Shown in pieces: positions 25,901 to 35,775 of a stretch of 64,000 bases of DNA. The position numbers were made by a program, and so were the translations under genes. Position 1 is the first letter of the stretch, and the number at the start of each line of letters is the position of its first letter. The DNA lies in the IMG/VR virus record IMGVR_UViG_3300045933_000229, positions 2,706-66,705 of that record; one strand, 5' to 3'. A model generated the notes under the pieces. That model was not told the DNA's origin. It made no database searches and saw only the letters and a program-made list of their open reading frames with translations. This stretch comes from a virus.

Positions 25901-28423
25901 ATGACCCAGCCCGCCTGCCCGCCCGTCCAGCCCTGCTTCTGCCCGGCTGCCGACCTCCCGATCGCCGCCCAGCTGGTGCCGCAGGGCGGCCCCGGCATCA
26001 CGATCGAGATCCCGATCTTCGGCACGCAGCCGTTCTCGGTGAATCTTGTCGAGAACCCGCTTCTTCCCGTCGCCGACACCGTGGTCGCGGCGTCCGTCCA
26101 GATCATCGGCGGCAACGTCCTCACGATCCAGACCGCCTCGCCCGCGATCACCGAGACGCTCGGGGTCTACTCGGTCACCGTCCAGGTCTGCAACGCCTGC
26201 GGGTCGGTCACGCTCGTTATCCCGGTCGAGGTTGTCGTCGATCTCAACCCGGTCATCGCCTCCTGCGTCCTCGCCCAGCAGCTGTGGACCCCGGAGGCGC
26301 GCGTCCCCACGGTCGGCGACCAGCTGCTCGCCTTCACCCCCGCCGGGTGCCGCTCACTCCTACCGCCGCTCACGACCTGCGAGGCCATCGCGACGTTCCC
26401 CGCCGGTGCGGCAGCGCTCGCCACCACGCTCGTCACCGGCGCGTGCACCACCGTCACCGCGCAGCAGATCCTCGACCTCTACGACCTGTGCGCGGAGATC
26501 GGCGCGTTCCCGGCCGCTGGGCCGCTCGTACCGGCCAACACGTTCATCGTCAGGCAGGGCGCGACCTGCGCGCTGACGACGTTCGCCACGCTGCTCGCCG
26601 AGGTCGAGGCATCGCTCGACCTGTGCGCGATGCTGCAGAACTTCCCGAACGCCGTGGTGCAGCCGACCGCGGTGTTCTACGGCCAGCAGGCCGGGGTGTG
26701 CCACGAGTTCGCCGTCTCCGACCTGATCGCGCTCGTCGGCGGTGGCTGCCCGCTGGAGGCGACCTGCGACGGCACGTGTGCCGCTCCGGCGTACTCGTTC
26801 GCCTCCGCGCCCACGACCGGAATGTGGCTGAACGCCGGTGTCCTCACGCTGTCGGCGAACAACTGCGCCGACATCTTCGAGGTCGGCGCGAGCATCCTCG
26901 GACGCTCGACGACGAGCCAGGTGCACTTCGAGGCCGGGCACCCGTCGTTCGGCGACGGCGCCAGGATGACCCTCAGCGCCCAATCCGCTGGCGGCCACGC
27001 GCAGATCCTCGGGGCTACCGCGGATGCGGCCAATTCCCCAGGGCAGGCGTTCATCTTCGGCGGGTCCGACAACTTCGGGTTCAACGGCGGCAACGTCGTC
27101 GTCGAGGGCGGCAGTTCATCTCTCTCTGCCGGCGGCAGCGTCCTCATCAACGCTGGGAGCGGCCCGCTCTCCGGCGGCAACGTCGTTGTCACCGGCGCAG
27201 GGACCAACAGCACGTTCCTCGCGCAATCGTTCGACATCGTCAACATCGGCGACTTCTCGAACGATCGGATCGTCATCGACTCGACGAGCGGCACCGTCAG
27301 GATCGACACCTCAAATGTGGTGCGCTGGTCGTGGGGGCCGAACGGCGAGGTCACTATCGGCGGAACGCCGGGTGGTGCTGGAGACGTACTCACGAGCGCC
27401 GGACCCGGCGCACCGCCGACGTGGTCGGCGCCCGCCGGCGGCACGCCGGTCCTGTACGCCGAGAATCCGGTGGTGCCGACTCCGCCAGCGGCGGCTGGCA
27501 ACAACGCGGTTGCCATCGGCTCAGGCGCTTCGACTCTCCAGGCCAACGATATTGCCCTCGGCACGAACGCGCAGGCGCTAGGCGCCAGTTCGAGCGCCTT
27601 CGGATCGGGCGCCGCGGCAAATGGCCTCAGCACGATCGCGATCGGCAACAACCCGACGGCGAGCGGCGCCAACTCGATCGCGATCGGGACGCAGACCACC
27701 TCGCAAGGCGTCGGGTCGATCTCGATCGGTCAGCTGGCTGGCACGCCGCTCGGCGCGGCCGGGACGACTTCGATCCAGATCGGCACGCTTTCCAACGCGA
27801 ACCAGCTTGACGGCATCGCGATCGGCAACGGCGCGGTCACGAATCGGGTGCGCGCGATCGTCATCGGCCAGGGCGCGGCGGCCACGATCGGCGGGTTCGG
27901 GAACATCGTGATCGGCGGAAACGGCGCGAAGTCCGACGTGTCGCAGTCGATCGCCATCGGCGAGAACGCCCGCAACCTGTTCACCGGCGGGGGCGGCGGC
28001 GCCGACATCGCGATCGGCCTCGACTCCACAACCGACTCGGTCGGCGGTGGTGACAACTCGGCCATCGCGATCGGCTTCGGCTCCTCGGCTACCCGCCTGC
28101 AGTCGATCGCTATCGGCCGCGCCGCCTCGGCGACCGCGCAGAACGCCGTCGCGATCGGCCCGAACGTCGGCAACGCCTCGTCGAATTCGGTGCTGATCGG
28201 GTCGTCCGGGACCAACGTCTTCTTCCTGACATCGACCGGCGCCTTCGGGTTGGCTGGAACAGGGGCGATGTACCTGCTACCGAATTACGCGGTCGCGAGC
28301 CTGCCGACCGTGGCGAACCTCGGCGGTTTCATCTACGTCACGGACGAGTCGGGTGGGGCGGTCCCGGCGTTCTCCGACGGGGCCAACTGGAGGCGCGTGA
28401 CCGACCGCGCGATCGTGACATGA
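25901..28423 (+). CDS. Cys-rich fibre protein with YadA-like head repeats
   Basis: paralog of 21643 (PVLYAENPV, AIG repeats, C-terminal YVxD..FSDGxNW). Confidence 0.8.
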   Translation: MTQPACPPVQPCFCPAADLPIAAQLVPQGGPGITIEIPIFGTQPFSVNLVENPLLPVADTVVAASVQIIGGNVLTIQTASPAITETLGVYSVTVQVCNACGSVTLVIPVEVVVDLNPVIASCVLAQQLWTPEARVPTVGDQLLAFTPAGCRSLLPPLTTCEAIATFPAGAAALATTLVTGACTTVTAQQILDLYDLCAEIGAFPAAGPLVPANTFIVRQGATCALTTFATLLAEVEASLDLCAMLQNFPNAVVQPTAVFYGQQAGVCHEFAVSDLIALVGGGCPLEATCDGTCAAPAYSFASAPTTGMWLNAGVLTLSANNCADIFEVGASILGRSTTSQVHFEAGHPSFGDGARMTLSAQSAGGHAQILGATADAANSPGQAFIFGGSDNFGFNGGNVVVEGGSSSLSAGGSVLINAGSGPLSGGNVVVTGAGTNSTFLAQSFDIVNIGDFSNDRIVIDSTSGTVRIDTSNVVRWSWGPNGEVTIGGTPGGAGDVLTSAGPGAPPTWSAPAGGTPVLYAENPVVPTPPAAAGNNAVAIGSGASTLQANDIALGTNAQALGASSSAFGSGAAANGLSTIAIGNNPTASGANSIAIGTQTTSQGVGSISIGQLAGTPLGAAGTTSIQIGTLSNANQLDGIAIGNGAVTNRVRAIVIGQGAAATIGGFGNIVIGGNGAKSDVSQSIAIGENARNLFTGGGGGADIAIGLDSTTDSVGGGDNSAIAIGFGSSATRLQSIAIGRAASATAQNAVAIGPNVGNASSNSVLIGSSGTNVFFLTSTGAFGLAGTGAMYLLPNYAVASLPTVANLGGFIYVTDESGGAVPAFSDGANWRRVTDRAIVT

Positions 28424-28689
28424 ACTACGAGCGCTTCAACCCGTGCGGGACGAGGCTGTGGGCGGATCTCCTCGCGTGGGCCGAGACGGGGTGCTGGTGC
28501 TGCACGGCCACGCGCGCGCTGCTCGTCGGCGGCTGGCTCGGCTCGCTCGTCACCGTCCTCCTGATGCAGCGCTGGTGGCTCGCGGTGCTGGTGTTGCTCG
28601 CCGGGGCGCCGATCGTCACGGTCCTGCTGTACGTCGCGCGCGAAATCTGGGCCGAGTCCTACGCCCCTGACGAGGAGCAGCCCAAGTGA
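28420..28689 (+). CDS. small two-TM protein with CWCC motif (holin-like?)
   Basis: coupled on both sides; two hydrophobic helices. Confidence 0.6.
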   Translation: MNYERFNPCGTRLWADLLAWAETGCWCCTATRALLVGGWLGSLVTVLLMQRWWLAVLVLLAGAPIVTVLLYVAREIWAESYAPDEEQPK

Positions 28690-31145
28690 ACAAGATCCTG
28701 TTCGACGCGAGCTCAACCGATCCGGTGTCGGCGACGATCTACGTCGCGCCCGGCAGCTGCGTCCTCATCAGCGCGTGGAACCTGGCGCTGAACGAGGTCG
28801 CCGAGGTCTTCCGGCTGCAGGTCGCCCCCGGCGCGATCCCGGGCGACGTCAACGGCTCCAGCTGCGGCCTCGCGCCGAACATCACCCCCTCCGAGATCCT
28901 TGAGGAGTCGCCCTACATCCCCTGCAACGCGCCGGTGCTGGTGGGTGTCACCCCGACGCAGCAGCTGTCCTCGATCGTCCTCTCACAGCCGGGCTACTAC
29001 AACCTGCACCTCACCCCGGCGGCGCTCGGGACCGCGGTGGTCGAGGCGCAGTTCCTCACCGGCGAGGACGCGTGCGCGCAGGCGGCGAACACCTGCTGCT
29101 GCGAGCCGCAGCTGCAGTGGGCCGGGTCGAGCGCGAACCCGTGCCTGACGATCACCCCGGGTGGCCCGCTCGGGAACGAGCCGGTGTTCGACCTCGACGC
29201 GTGCTGCCTCGTGCAGCAGATCGCGAACGTCGTCGTCCCGGATCTCTCCGACCGGATGATCCTGCTGCAAGGCGGCGCGTGCGGCGTCGCCACCCTGCAG
29301 GACGTGTTCAACCTCGTGAACACCTGCGCGACCCTTGCCGGGTTCCCGCTCGGGGCCTACGTCGCGCTCGACTCGCTGGTGACGATCGACTCGGGCGCGA
29401 ACTGCAAGCGCCTCGATGCCGCCGTGATGGTCACGACGCTGGAGACGCCGTGGACCGGGACGTCGCTCAACGCGAACCTCACGATCACGCCGGGCGGGGT
29501 GAACGGCCACGCGCCGGTGTTCGACTACGACTGGTGCGGCGATATGCAGGCGCTGCCCAGCTGCACCTGCGAGCCGAACCCGGGCGATGGCGTGGCGATC
29601 ATCCAGGGCGGCGCGTGCGTGCTGGCGACGTGGCCCGTCGTGGACGTGTGCGATCAGATCGCCGCGCTCACCGTCGGCACGCTGATCGCCGGGGACAACG
29701 TCCCGGTCATCGAGGCGGGCGGGGCCTGCAAGCTGGTCCCGGCGACCGACTTCGCCGGGGGTGGAGCGACCTTCCCGTTGCTCGGGCCGGACGGATCGTG
29801 CGCCTCGCCCACGTACTCGTTCACGAGTTCGACCGACTCGGGGATGTTCTACGACGTCGGACTCGGCGCCGTAGTCATCGGCGACGACAACTGCACCGAC
29901 TTCATCCAGATCGGCGCCTCGATCGTCGTTACCGCCGGTGTCGGGAACATCGCGATGTCCTCGGCGGCGGCGACGATCGCCACCGCAGGAACCGGGATCC
30001 TGCTGACCGCCCTCTCGGGCAACGTGGTGGCGGCAGCAAGCGCCTCCTTCGTCGTTCAGACGGCGGCGACGAACCGGCTGGCGATCGACAACTCCGGCGC
30101 ATGGCTCCTCGCTGGCAGCGCTGGGACTCCGCTGCAGGTGCTGACCTCGAACGGACCGGGCCTGCCGGTGACATGGGAGACGTTCGCGGCAACGGTGACG
30201 TTCCCGCTGCTCGCGCCCACCAGCGCGACCCCGCAGTACAGCTTCTCCGCGCAGCCCGGCATGGGCATGGCGATGGACGGGAGCCAGCTTCACTACGGCA
30301 GCCTCGATCCTGTCTCGCCCGTCTGGGGCGTGTCCTCGCGCCTGTCGATCGACACCGGCGTCACCGGCGATATGTTCCTGCGCGGCTCGCGCGGCGACGG
30401 TTCGCGCGGGGCGAACATCGACATCCACGGCGGCGACGCGCTCAACCCCGGCATTCAGGTCGAGGGCGGCGGCGTCAGCGTCACCGGCGGCAACTCCACC
30501 GAGAGCAACGGTGGCACCGTTACGCTCGGCGGCGGGAGTTCAACCGGCAGCGGCGCCGGCGGCAATGCGGTCATCCTCGCGGGCAACGCCGTCACCGGCG
30601 GCGGTGGCAGCGTGTCGATCACGGCGGGCGTCGGCAGCGCGGCTGCTGCCGGCGGCAACATCCGGCTGAGAACGAATCATCTGAACGTCGGCACGCCAGC
30701 CGCGATCACGATGGATCACCACGGCAGCGTGCAGTACGGCGACCCCTACGTGTTCGCCGCGCAGGCGCACGCCTCCGGCACGTCGTTCTGGTACGGCGTC
30801 AGCGGCGAAGCCGCCTCCACCCGCGGCCAGAACATCCGCATCTGGGCCGGTCACGGCCTGAACGGCGGGGCTGGCGGCAACGGCGGCGATCTCGATCTGC
30901 GCGGCGGCAACGCGACGGCGGGCGCGGCGCACGACGGCGGCCAGCTTTTCCTCAAGGGCGGCGACCTGAACGCTGGCGGCATCCAGGGCTACGTCCACCT
31001 GCAGCGTGTTGCGGCCGCGCCGGTTGCCGCGCCGAACCTGACCGCGGGCTACGCGCCGATCGTGCTGTTCGACGACGGCGCGAACATCCACCTGTACGCG
31101 TGGTCGGTCGGCGCGGGGGCATGGCAGAGCGTGATGCTGGCGTGA
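28686..31145 (+). CDS. Cys-rich fibre/spike protein
   Basis: paralog of 23262 over the N-terminal ~400 aa; GG(N/S)VxIxAG repeats. Confidence 0.75.
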   Translation: MNKILFDASSTDPVSATIYVAPGSCVLISAWNLALNEVAEVFRLQVAPGAIPGDVNGSSCGLAPNITPSEILEESPYIPCNAPVLVGVTPTQQLSSIVLSQPGYYNLHLTPAALGTAVVEAQFLTGEDACAQAANTCCCEPQLQWAGSSANPCLTITPGGPLGNEPVFDLDACCLVQQIANVVVPDLSDRMILLQGGACGVATLQDVFNLVNTCATLAGFPLGAYVALDSLVTIDSGANCKRLDAAVMVTTLETPWTGTSLNANLTITPGGVNGHAPVFDYDWCGDMQALPSCTCEPNPGDGVAIIQGGACVLATWPVVDVCDQIAALTVGTLIAGDNVPVIEAGGACKLVPATDFAGGGATFPLLGPDGSCASPTYSFTSSTDSGMFYDVGLGAVVIGDDNCTDFIQIGASIVVTAGVGNIAMSSAAATIATAGTGILLTALSGNVVAAASASFVVQTAATNRLAIDNSGAWLLAGSAGTPLQVLTSNGPGLPVTWETFAATVTFPLLAPTSATPQYSFSAQPGMGMAMDGSQLHYGSLDPVSPVWGVSSRLSIDTGVTGDMFLRGSRGDGSRGANIDIHGGDALNPGIQVEGGGVSVTGGNSTESNGGTVTLGGGSSTGSGAGGNAVILAGNAVTGGGGSVSITAGVGSAAAAGGNIRLRTNHLNVGTPAAITMDHHGSVQYGDPYVFAAQAHASGTSFWYGVSGEAASTRGQNIRIWAGHGLNGGAGGNGGDLDLRGGNATAGAAHDGGQLFLKGGDLNAGGIQGYVHLQRVAAAPVAAPNLTAGYAPIVLFDDGANIHLYAWSVGAGAWQSVMLA

Positions 31146-31219
31146 AGCGCAAGTCGGACAGGAGGTTTGAACGGTACGAGCGGCGCCGCAGAGTCCGCTC
31201 ACAAACGAGGACCGCAACG

Positions 31220-31552
31220 ATGAAGATCGACTTGGAAAAGAAGCTGCTGGACGCCCGAGGCAAGGAGTTCACCGATGGCGCGACCGTCGCGATGGCGGCG
31301 CTCAACGCGCTCTCCGCGCCGCACCCCAGCGATCAGCAGCAGACGATGGAACAAGCCTACAAGCGGTGGAAGCTGCTGCAGGTGCTGGGCAAGGGCGGCG
31401 TTGCCGACCTGACCGCCGAGGACGTGGCCGAGATCAAGAAGCGGGCGGTCGGCTCGCTCGGGATCATCGCCTTCGGCGCGCTCGCTGACGCGCTGGAGGG
31501 CCGCGCCGAGGTGGTGCCGATCAGCGGCGAGGCGAAAGAAGGGGCTGCGTGA
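31220..31552 (+). CDS. putative fibre-associated chaperone-like protein
   Basis: SD GAGGA; helical protein following fibre gene. Confidence 0.55.
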   Translation: MKIDLEKKLLDARGKEFTDGATVAMAALNALSAPHPSDQQQTMEQAYKRWKLLQVLGKGGVADLTAEDVAEIKKRAVGSLGIIAFGALADALEGRAEVVPISGEAKEGAA

Positions 31553-32052
31553 ACGACATCTGCACCGGAGAGTATCTCGACCCCGAATTCCCGCAGGGCG
31601 CTGTCGGCCCGTGCGGATTCGGCGGTCCCTGCGTGATCGGAGGCGAACCCGTGAACAACGTGCTGTTCGATGGCAACTCGACGAGCGTGATCTCGCGCAC
31701 CTTCCAGGTGAGCGAGGGCGCGTGCGTCCAACTCACGGCGTACAGCCTCGGCGGCGGGACGATCCAGGTGCAGAAACTCTACCTCGACCCCACCGCCAAC
31801 ATCCCCGTCACCGAGGCCGGATCGTGCGACGTCGATCCCGACGTCCCGGGGCCGGGGGTGCTGGCGGTCAAGAACGTGTGCAACTGGGTGCTGAACGACT
31901 GCCAGGACATCCGCTACATCTGCGCGGCGGGCACCTACCGGCTGTGTCTCTCGCCGCCCGGCGCGCTCGGCAGCGCGTTCGTGGTCATGGAGCGGAGCCA
32001 GCGCACCAACAACCCGATCCCGGAGGGCATGGTCCTCGGGGCGTGCTGCTAG
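31549..32052 (+). CDS. Cys-rich virion protein, stand-alone fibre N-domain paralog
   Basis: VLFDGNSTSVIS...GACVQLTAY...AGTYRL resembles N-termini of 23262 and 28686. Confidence 0.65.
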   Translation: MNDICTGEYLDPEFPQGAVGPCGFGGPCVIGGEPVNNVLFDGNSTSVISRTFQVSEGACVQLTAYSLGGGTIQVQKLYLDPTANIPVTEAGSCDVDPDVPGPGVLAVKNVCNWVLNDCQDIRYICAAGTYRLCLSPPGALGSAFVVMERSQRTNNPIPEGMVLGACC

Positions 32053-32063
32053 GAGGCGATCGA

Positions 32064-32240
32064 ATGGCGAACGGAACGAAGCTGGACCCGCTGCTCGGCG
32101 GCATGACAGGCAAAGCCGCGGCCGCGATCAAGGGCCGCAAGAAGCGGCTCGACGAGGAGGAGGAGAAGTCCTCGCTCATGCCCGAGGAGCCGCCGCCCCC
32201 GCCGCCGCAGCCGAAGGTGGACAACTACCCTTGGGACTAG
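32064..32240 (+). CDS. hypothetical protein
   Basis: SD AGGAGG. Confidence 0.5.
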   Translation: MANGTKLDPLLGGMTGKAAAAIKGRKKRLDEEEEKSSLMPEEPPPPPPQPKVDNYPWD

Positions 32241-32244
32241 CGCC

Positions 32245-32397
32245 ATGCCCGAGAAGAAGGCGCCGCAGAAGCCGTGCCCGATCGGCAAGCACCGGATGCC
32301 CGACGGGAAGTGTATGCGTGACGACGATCCGAGGATGAAGAAGTCCTCGGGCTACAAACCCGGCGGCGCGCCGATCAAGCGGTCTTCCGGGTACTAG
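32245..32397 (+). CDS. small basic protein (HRMPDGKCM motif)
   Basis: 50-aa ORF read by eye, below track cutoff. Confidence 0.45.
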   Translation: MPEKKAPQKPCPIGKHRMPDGKCMRDDDPRMKKSSGYKPGGAPIKRSSGY

Positions 32398-32406
32398 GAG
32401 ACGGCC

Positions 32407-32580
32407 ATGCCGGTCAAGAAGGGTCGCGAGGGGATGAAAACCTGCATGGAGGAGTTCAAGGCAGGGACGCTGCATTCGGGCGGTGACGGCAAGGTGGTCA
32501 CCGACCGCAAGCAGGCCATCGCGATCTGCCTGCGCTCCTCCGGGCAATCGCGGCCTCAGCCGCCGAAAGGGAAGCGATGA
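32407..32580 (+). CDS. DUF6496-like small protein
   Basis: MEEFKAGTLHSG..GKVVTDRKQAIAI; SD AGGAG. Confidence 0.6.
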   Translation: MPVKKGREGMKTCMEEFKAGTLHSGGDGKVVTDRKQAIAICLRSSGQSRPQPPKGKR

Positions 32581-33689
32581 ACTGCTCCAGCTGCGGCTGC
32601 CAGCCCTGCCAGTGCGCGGCACCGACCGTGCTGAACCAGGCGCGGCTCATCAGCCCGATCGTCTCCGGCGGCACGTTCACCGGCGGCACCTTCGCCGGCC
32701 CGACCATCAACGGCGGGACGCAGACCGGCTCGAACATCGTCGGCGCGACGATCGACTGCACGACGCTCGGCTGCACGCAGCCACCGGGCACTTCGGATGC
32801 GACGCTCGCGACCACCGCGTTCGTCGGTCAGGCGGTGGCCGATGCGATCAGCGGGGCGAACCCGGACTTCTGCGCGGCGGTGCAGACCTGCCTCGGCGGG
32901 TCGCCGACCCTGTGCAGCGAGATCCTGAACTGCATCAACAACACCCCGGGCGCGCTCGCCAACCCGATCATCTTCGACCCGGCGGTCTTCGCAACCTCGC
33001 TGCAGGAGGGCGTCGTCAGGTTCGCCACGCTTGTCGAGGTGCAGGGCGCCAGCTGCAGCGTGGCGCTTGACCCATGCACGCTGCAGGCGTTCCTCGACGC
33101 CGGTGGCCCGAACGCGCTGTGGACGTCGTTCGAGAACGCGGTCAACACGGTACTCGCCACCGCGCCGGGGTTCTGCGCCGCGGTCCTTGCCTGCGGGGTA
33201 GCGCTGCTCGACAGCCCGGCGTTCGTCAACCTGCCGACGGCGCCGACGCCGCCGCTCGTCGATAACTCGACGCGGCTCGCCACCACCGCGTTTGTGCAGG
33301 GCGTCGTCGCCGCCTCGATCACCGGCGCGATCACCAGCAGCAACCCGGCGTTCTGTTCGGCCGTAACCGGATGTCTTGCCGGAACTGGCGTTGTCGCGCG
33401 CGGCATGGCCCGAGTGGATTCGGCGACCGGGTTCTTTGCGGCTGGCACCAACTTCATCAGCGGTGCCACGTATGGCGCGCTCGGCGCCGTCAGCATCACG
33501 GTGACTTTCCTTTCTCCGCAACCTGACGCTGAGTATGTCGTCGTCGTCGGCGGCGACCCGGGAGCGGTCATCGTCGCCGGTGATTCGATCGGGGGCTATC
33601 AGTTCGGCAGCAAGACCATCAACGGCTTCACTCTGCTCGCCGGGGTGGCGTCGATCGACTACGACCTTGACTGGAGCGTGCTGCGATGA
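32577..33689 (+). CDS. Cys-rich short fibre protein
   Basis: DSPAF..LPTAPT...LATTAFV fibre motif; variable C-terminal tip. Confidence 0.7.
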   Translation: MNCSSCGCQPCQCAAPTVLNQARLISPIVSGGTFTGGTFAGPTINGGTQTGSNIVGATIDCTTLGCTQPPGTSDATLATTAFVGQAVADAISGANPDFCAAVQTCLGGSPTLCSEILNCINNTPGALANPIIFDPAVFATSLQEGVVRFATLVEVQGASCSVALDPCTLQAFLDAGGPNALWTSFENAVNTVLATAPGFCAAVLACGVALLDSPAFVNLPTAPTPPLVDNSTRLATTAFVQGVVAASITGAITSSNPAFCSAVTGCLAGTGVVARGMARVDSATGFFAAGTNFISGATYGALGAVSITVTFLSPQPDAEYVVVVGGDPGAVIVAGDSIGGYQFGSKTINGFTLLAGVASIDYDLDWSVLR

Positions 33690-35212
33690 GTTGCTCAACC
33701 TGCGGTTGCTCGCCCTGCCAGTGCGGCGGCAGCGGCACGCCAGCGGTCCTCGCGAACACGCAGCTGCTGAACCCGGCGATCGTCGGCGCGCTGATCGACG
33801 GGGGCACCCTGAACAGCCCGGCGATCAACTCGCCCACCATCGTCGGCGGCACGATCGACTGCACCGCCCGCGGCTGCACCGCTGGCAACGGCGTGTGCAA
33901 CGATGGCCTCGCGACCAACGCGAAGGTGTGCAATGAGATCGCGCTGGCGATCAGCGGCTCGAATCCGGCGTTCTGCCAGGCGATCGAGGACTGCCTCGCC
34001 GGTGATCCGTCGATCCTCTGCCCGACGGTGGCCTCGTGCATCAACACCACCCCGGGGATCATCAACAACACGCAGGCGTTCGGCTTCAACGCGCGCGCGA
34101 CGACCGCGCTCTACGGTGTCACGCGCTTCGCGACCGGCATCGAAGCCCTGAACGGCTCGTGCCTGCTCGCGCTCGACCCGTGCACGCTGGTCGCGGCGCT
34201 CGCGTCGCCGACGATCGGCTCGACGTTCTTCAACGCGTTCGTGACCGCCGTCAACGCGGCGCTCGGCGGGGCGTCGCTGTGCGACGCGGTGGACGCCTGC
34301 GGCTTCGCGCGCCTCGACAGCCCGACCTTTATCGGCGTGCCGAGAGCGCCGACGGCCGCGCCCGGAACGAGCTCTACGCAGATCGCCACGACCGCGTTCG
34401 TTGGTACGGCAGTCTCGAATGCGATCTCGGCATCCAACCCAGCGTTCTGCGCGGCGGTTTCCGCCTGCGGCGGCGGTGGTGGTGGAGGCGGCGGTAGCGG
34501 TGGTGGCGGATCCTGCACACCGGAGGTGATCGCGCGCGGTCGGTTCCAACTGGATACGTCCGCCCTTCCGATCAACGCGGAAGCGGGGCCGCTAGGCTTC
34601 ACCGTCAACTGCTCGATCTCCTACAACAACCCGACGAACGGATGGGTCACGATCACGCTCGCGAACGCTGCGGCGAACCTGCAATACGACATCATCGCGA
34701 ATGGCTATTTCGTCTCGCAAACCCCGTTCGCGCCGAATCCAACGACGCTGGTGTTCACGCTACAACCGCAGGCGGGCGTCGGACCTTCCGGCTCCGGCGT
34801 TGCCCAAGTCGATTTCGTCGTGGTCGAGTCGAGAACGTGTGCCGCCGGCGCCCAAAGCGGTTTCGCAGCGGTCGCCTACGACTACACGCTCAACGAACTG
34901 AGCGGCAACTTCCTGCTTGCGGTGACGCCGCTCTACGGCTGCTCGGCCGCGCTCTCGGGGGCGATCACGTTCACCGCGCCGCAGCCCGACACCAACTTCG
35001 TGACGTCCACGTCGTTTGCCTTTCTCAGCGGCCCAGCCGTCGGATTCGTCTACGACACCGCAGTCTCTGCGGGAACGGGGAGCGTCACGGACGGCTTCCA
35101 GGGCGCCGGCCTATCGGTCAACGGCTTCACGTCGTCGTCGGTGATTCGCGCCCTGTTTTCCAACCCCGGCGTTGCCGGGACCATGCGCTGCACAGTGGTC
35201 TTCCACCGATGA
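33686..35212 (+). CDS. Cys-rich short fibre protein, paralog of 32577
   Basis: MSCSTCGCSPCQC start; PRAPTAAPGTSSTQIATTAFV; Gly linker then tip domains. Confidence 0.7.
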   Translation: MSCSTCGCSPCQCGGSGTPAVLANTQLLNPAIVGALIDGGTLNSPAINSPTIVGGTIDCTARGCTAGNGVCNDGLATNAKVCNEIALAISGSNPAFCQAIEDCLAGDPSILCPTVASCINTTPGIINNTQAFGFNARATTALYGVTRFATGIEALNGSCLLALDPCTLVAALASPTIGSTFFNAFVTAVNAALGGASLCDAVDACGFARLDSPTFIGVPRAPTAAPGTSSTQIATTAFVGTAVSNAISASNPAFCAAVSACGGGGGGGGGSGGGGSCTPEVIARGRFQLDTSALPINAEAGPLGFTVNCSISYNNPTNGWVTITLANAAANLQYDIIANGYFVSQTPFAPNPTTLVFTLQPQAGVGPSGSGVAQVDFVVVESRTCAAGAQSGFAAVAYDYTLNELSGNFLLAVTPLYGCSAALSGAITFTAPQPDTNFVTSTSFAFLSGPAVGFVYDTAVSAGTGSVTDGFQGAGLSVNGFTSSSVIRALFSNPGVAGTMRCTVVFHR

Positions 35213-35442
35213 ACGCGCCAGCGAAACAGGTCATCGAGCCGGTCGGCTTCCGCAACGAGCGGCTGCTCAAGCGGCTGCGCGAGGACAAGGTCACCTACGC
35301 GGCGATCCGGCACATGTTCGTCGAGCGCCGCGAGCAGCGCCGCGCGCAGACCGAGACGATGACCGTCGGCAACGTGGACGTGATGCGCGGCCGCTGCCAA
35401 GAGCTCACCAGCATCCTGATCGAACTATTCCCCGAGGAGTGA
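35209..35442 (+). CDS. hypothetical protein
   Basis: ATGA-coupled MNAPAKQ...RGRCQEL. Confidence 0.55.
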   Translation: MNAPAKQVIEPVGFRNERLLKRLREDKVTYAAIRHMFVERREQRRAQTETMTVGNVDVMRGRCQELTSILIELFPEE

Positions 35443-35445
35443 CCG

Positions 35446-35772
35446 ATGGCACGCAGACCCATGCAAATCGCTGCCCCGATGTTCGAGCCGATGGAGCCGC
35501 TCAAGGCGGACTGCATCGAGTGCCTCGAAGACCAGGGTATGTGGTACTTCGCCCAGAAAGTCCGGATGGGCGGCACCGTCTACGAGTACGAGGTGCGCGA
35601 CGTGATGGAGCGCGGCCTCGCGATGAACCGCCCACCCGAGTCGTACGGCTCGAAGGCGGTCGGCCAGCTGGTGCTGGATCCGATCGTCAACTCGGCGGGC
35701 ACCAACTCCCTCGGGGCCATGATGTCCGAGGGGTATCCGCCCAACACGGGGCGCCACTACGAAAAGGCTTGA
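35446..35772 (+). CDS. hypothetical protein
   Basis: SD GAGGAG. Confidence 0.6.
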   Translation: MARRPMQIAAPMFEPMEPLKADCIECLEDQGMWYFAQKVRMGGTVYEYEVRDVMERGLAMNRPPESYGSKAVGQLVLDPIVNSAGTNSLGAMMSEGYPPNTGRHYEKA

Positions 35773-35775
35773 GCC

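Noticed and set aside
21643-35212. Diversity-generating retroelement or invertible shufflon acting on fibre genes
   Set aside because: No reverse transcriptase or invertase, no adenine-specific TR/VR pair seen, all genes co-oriented
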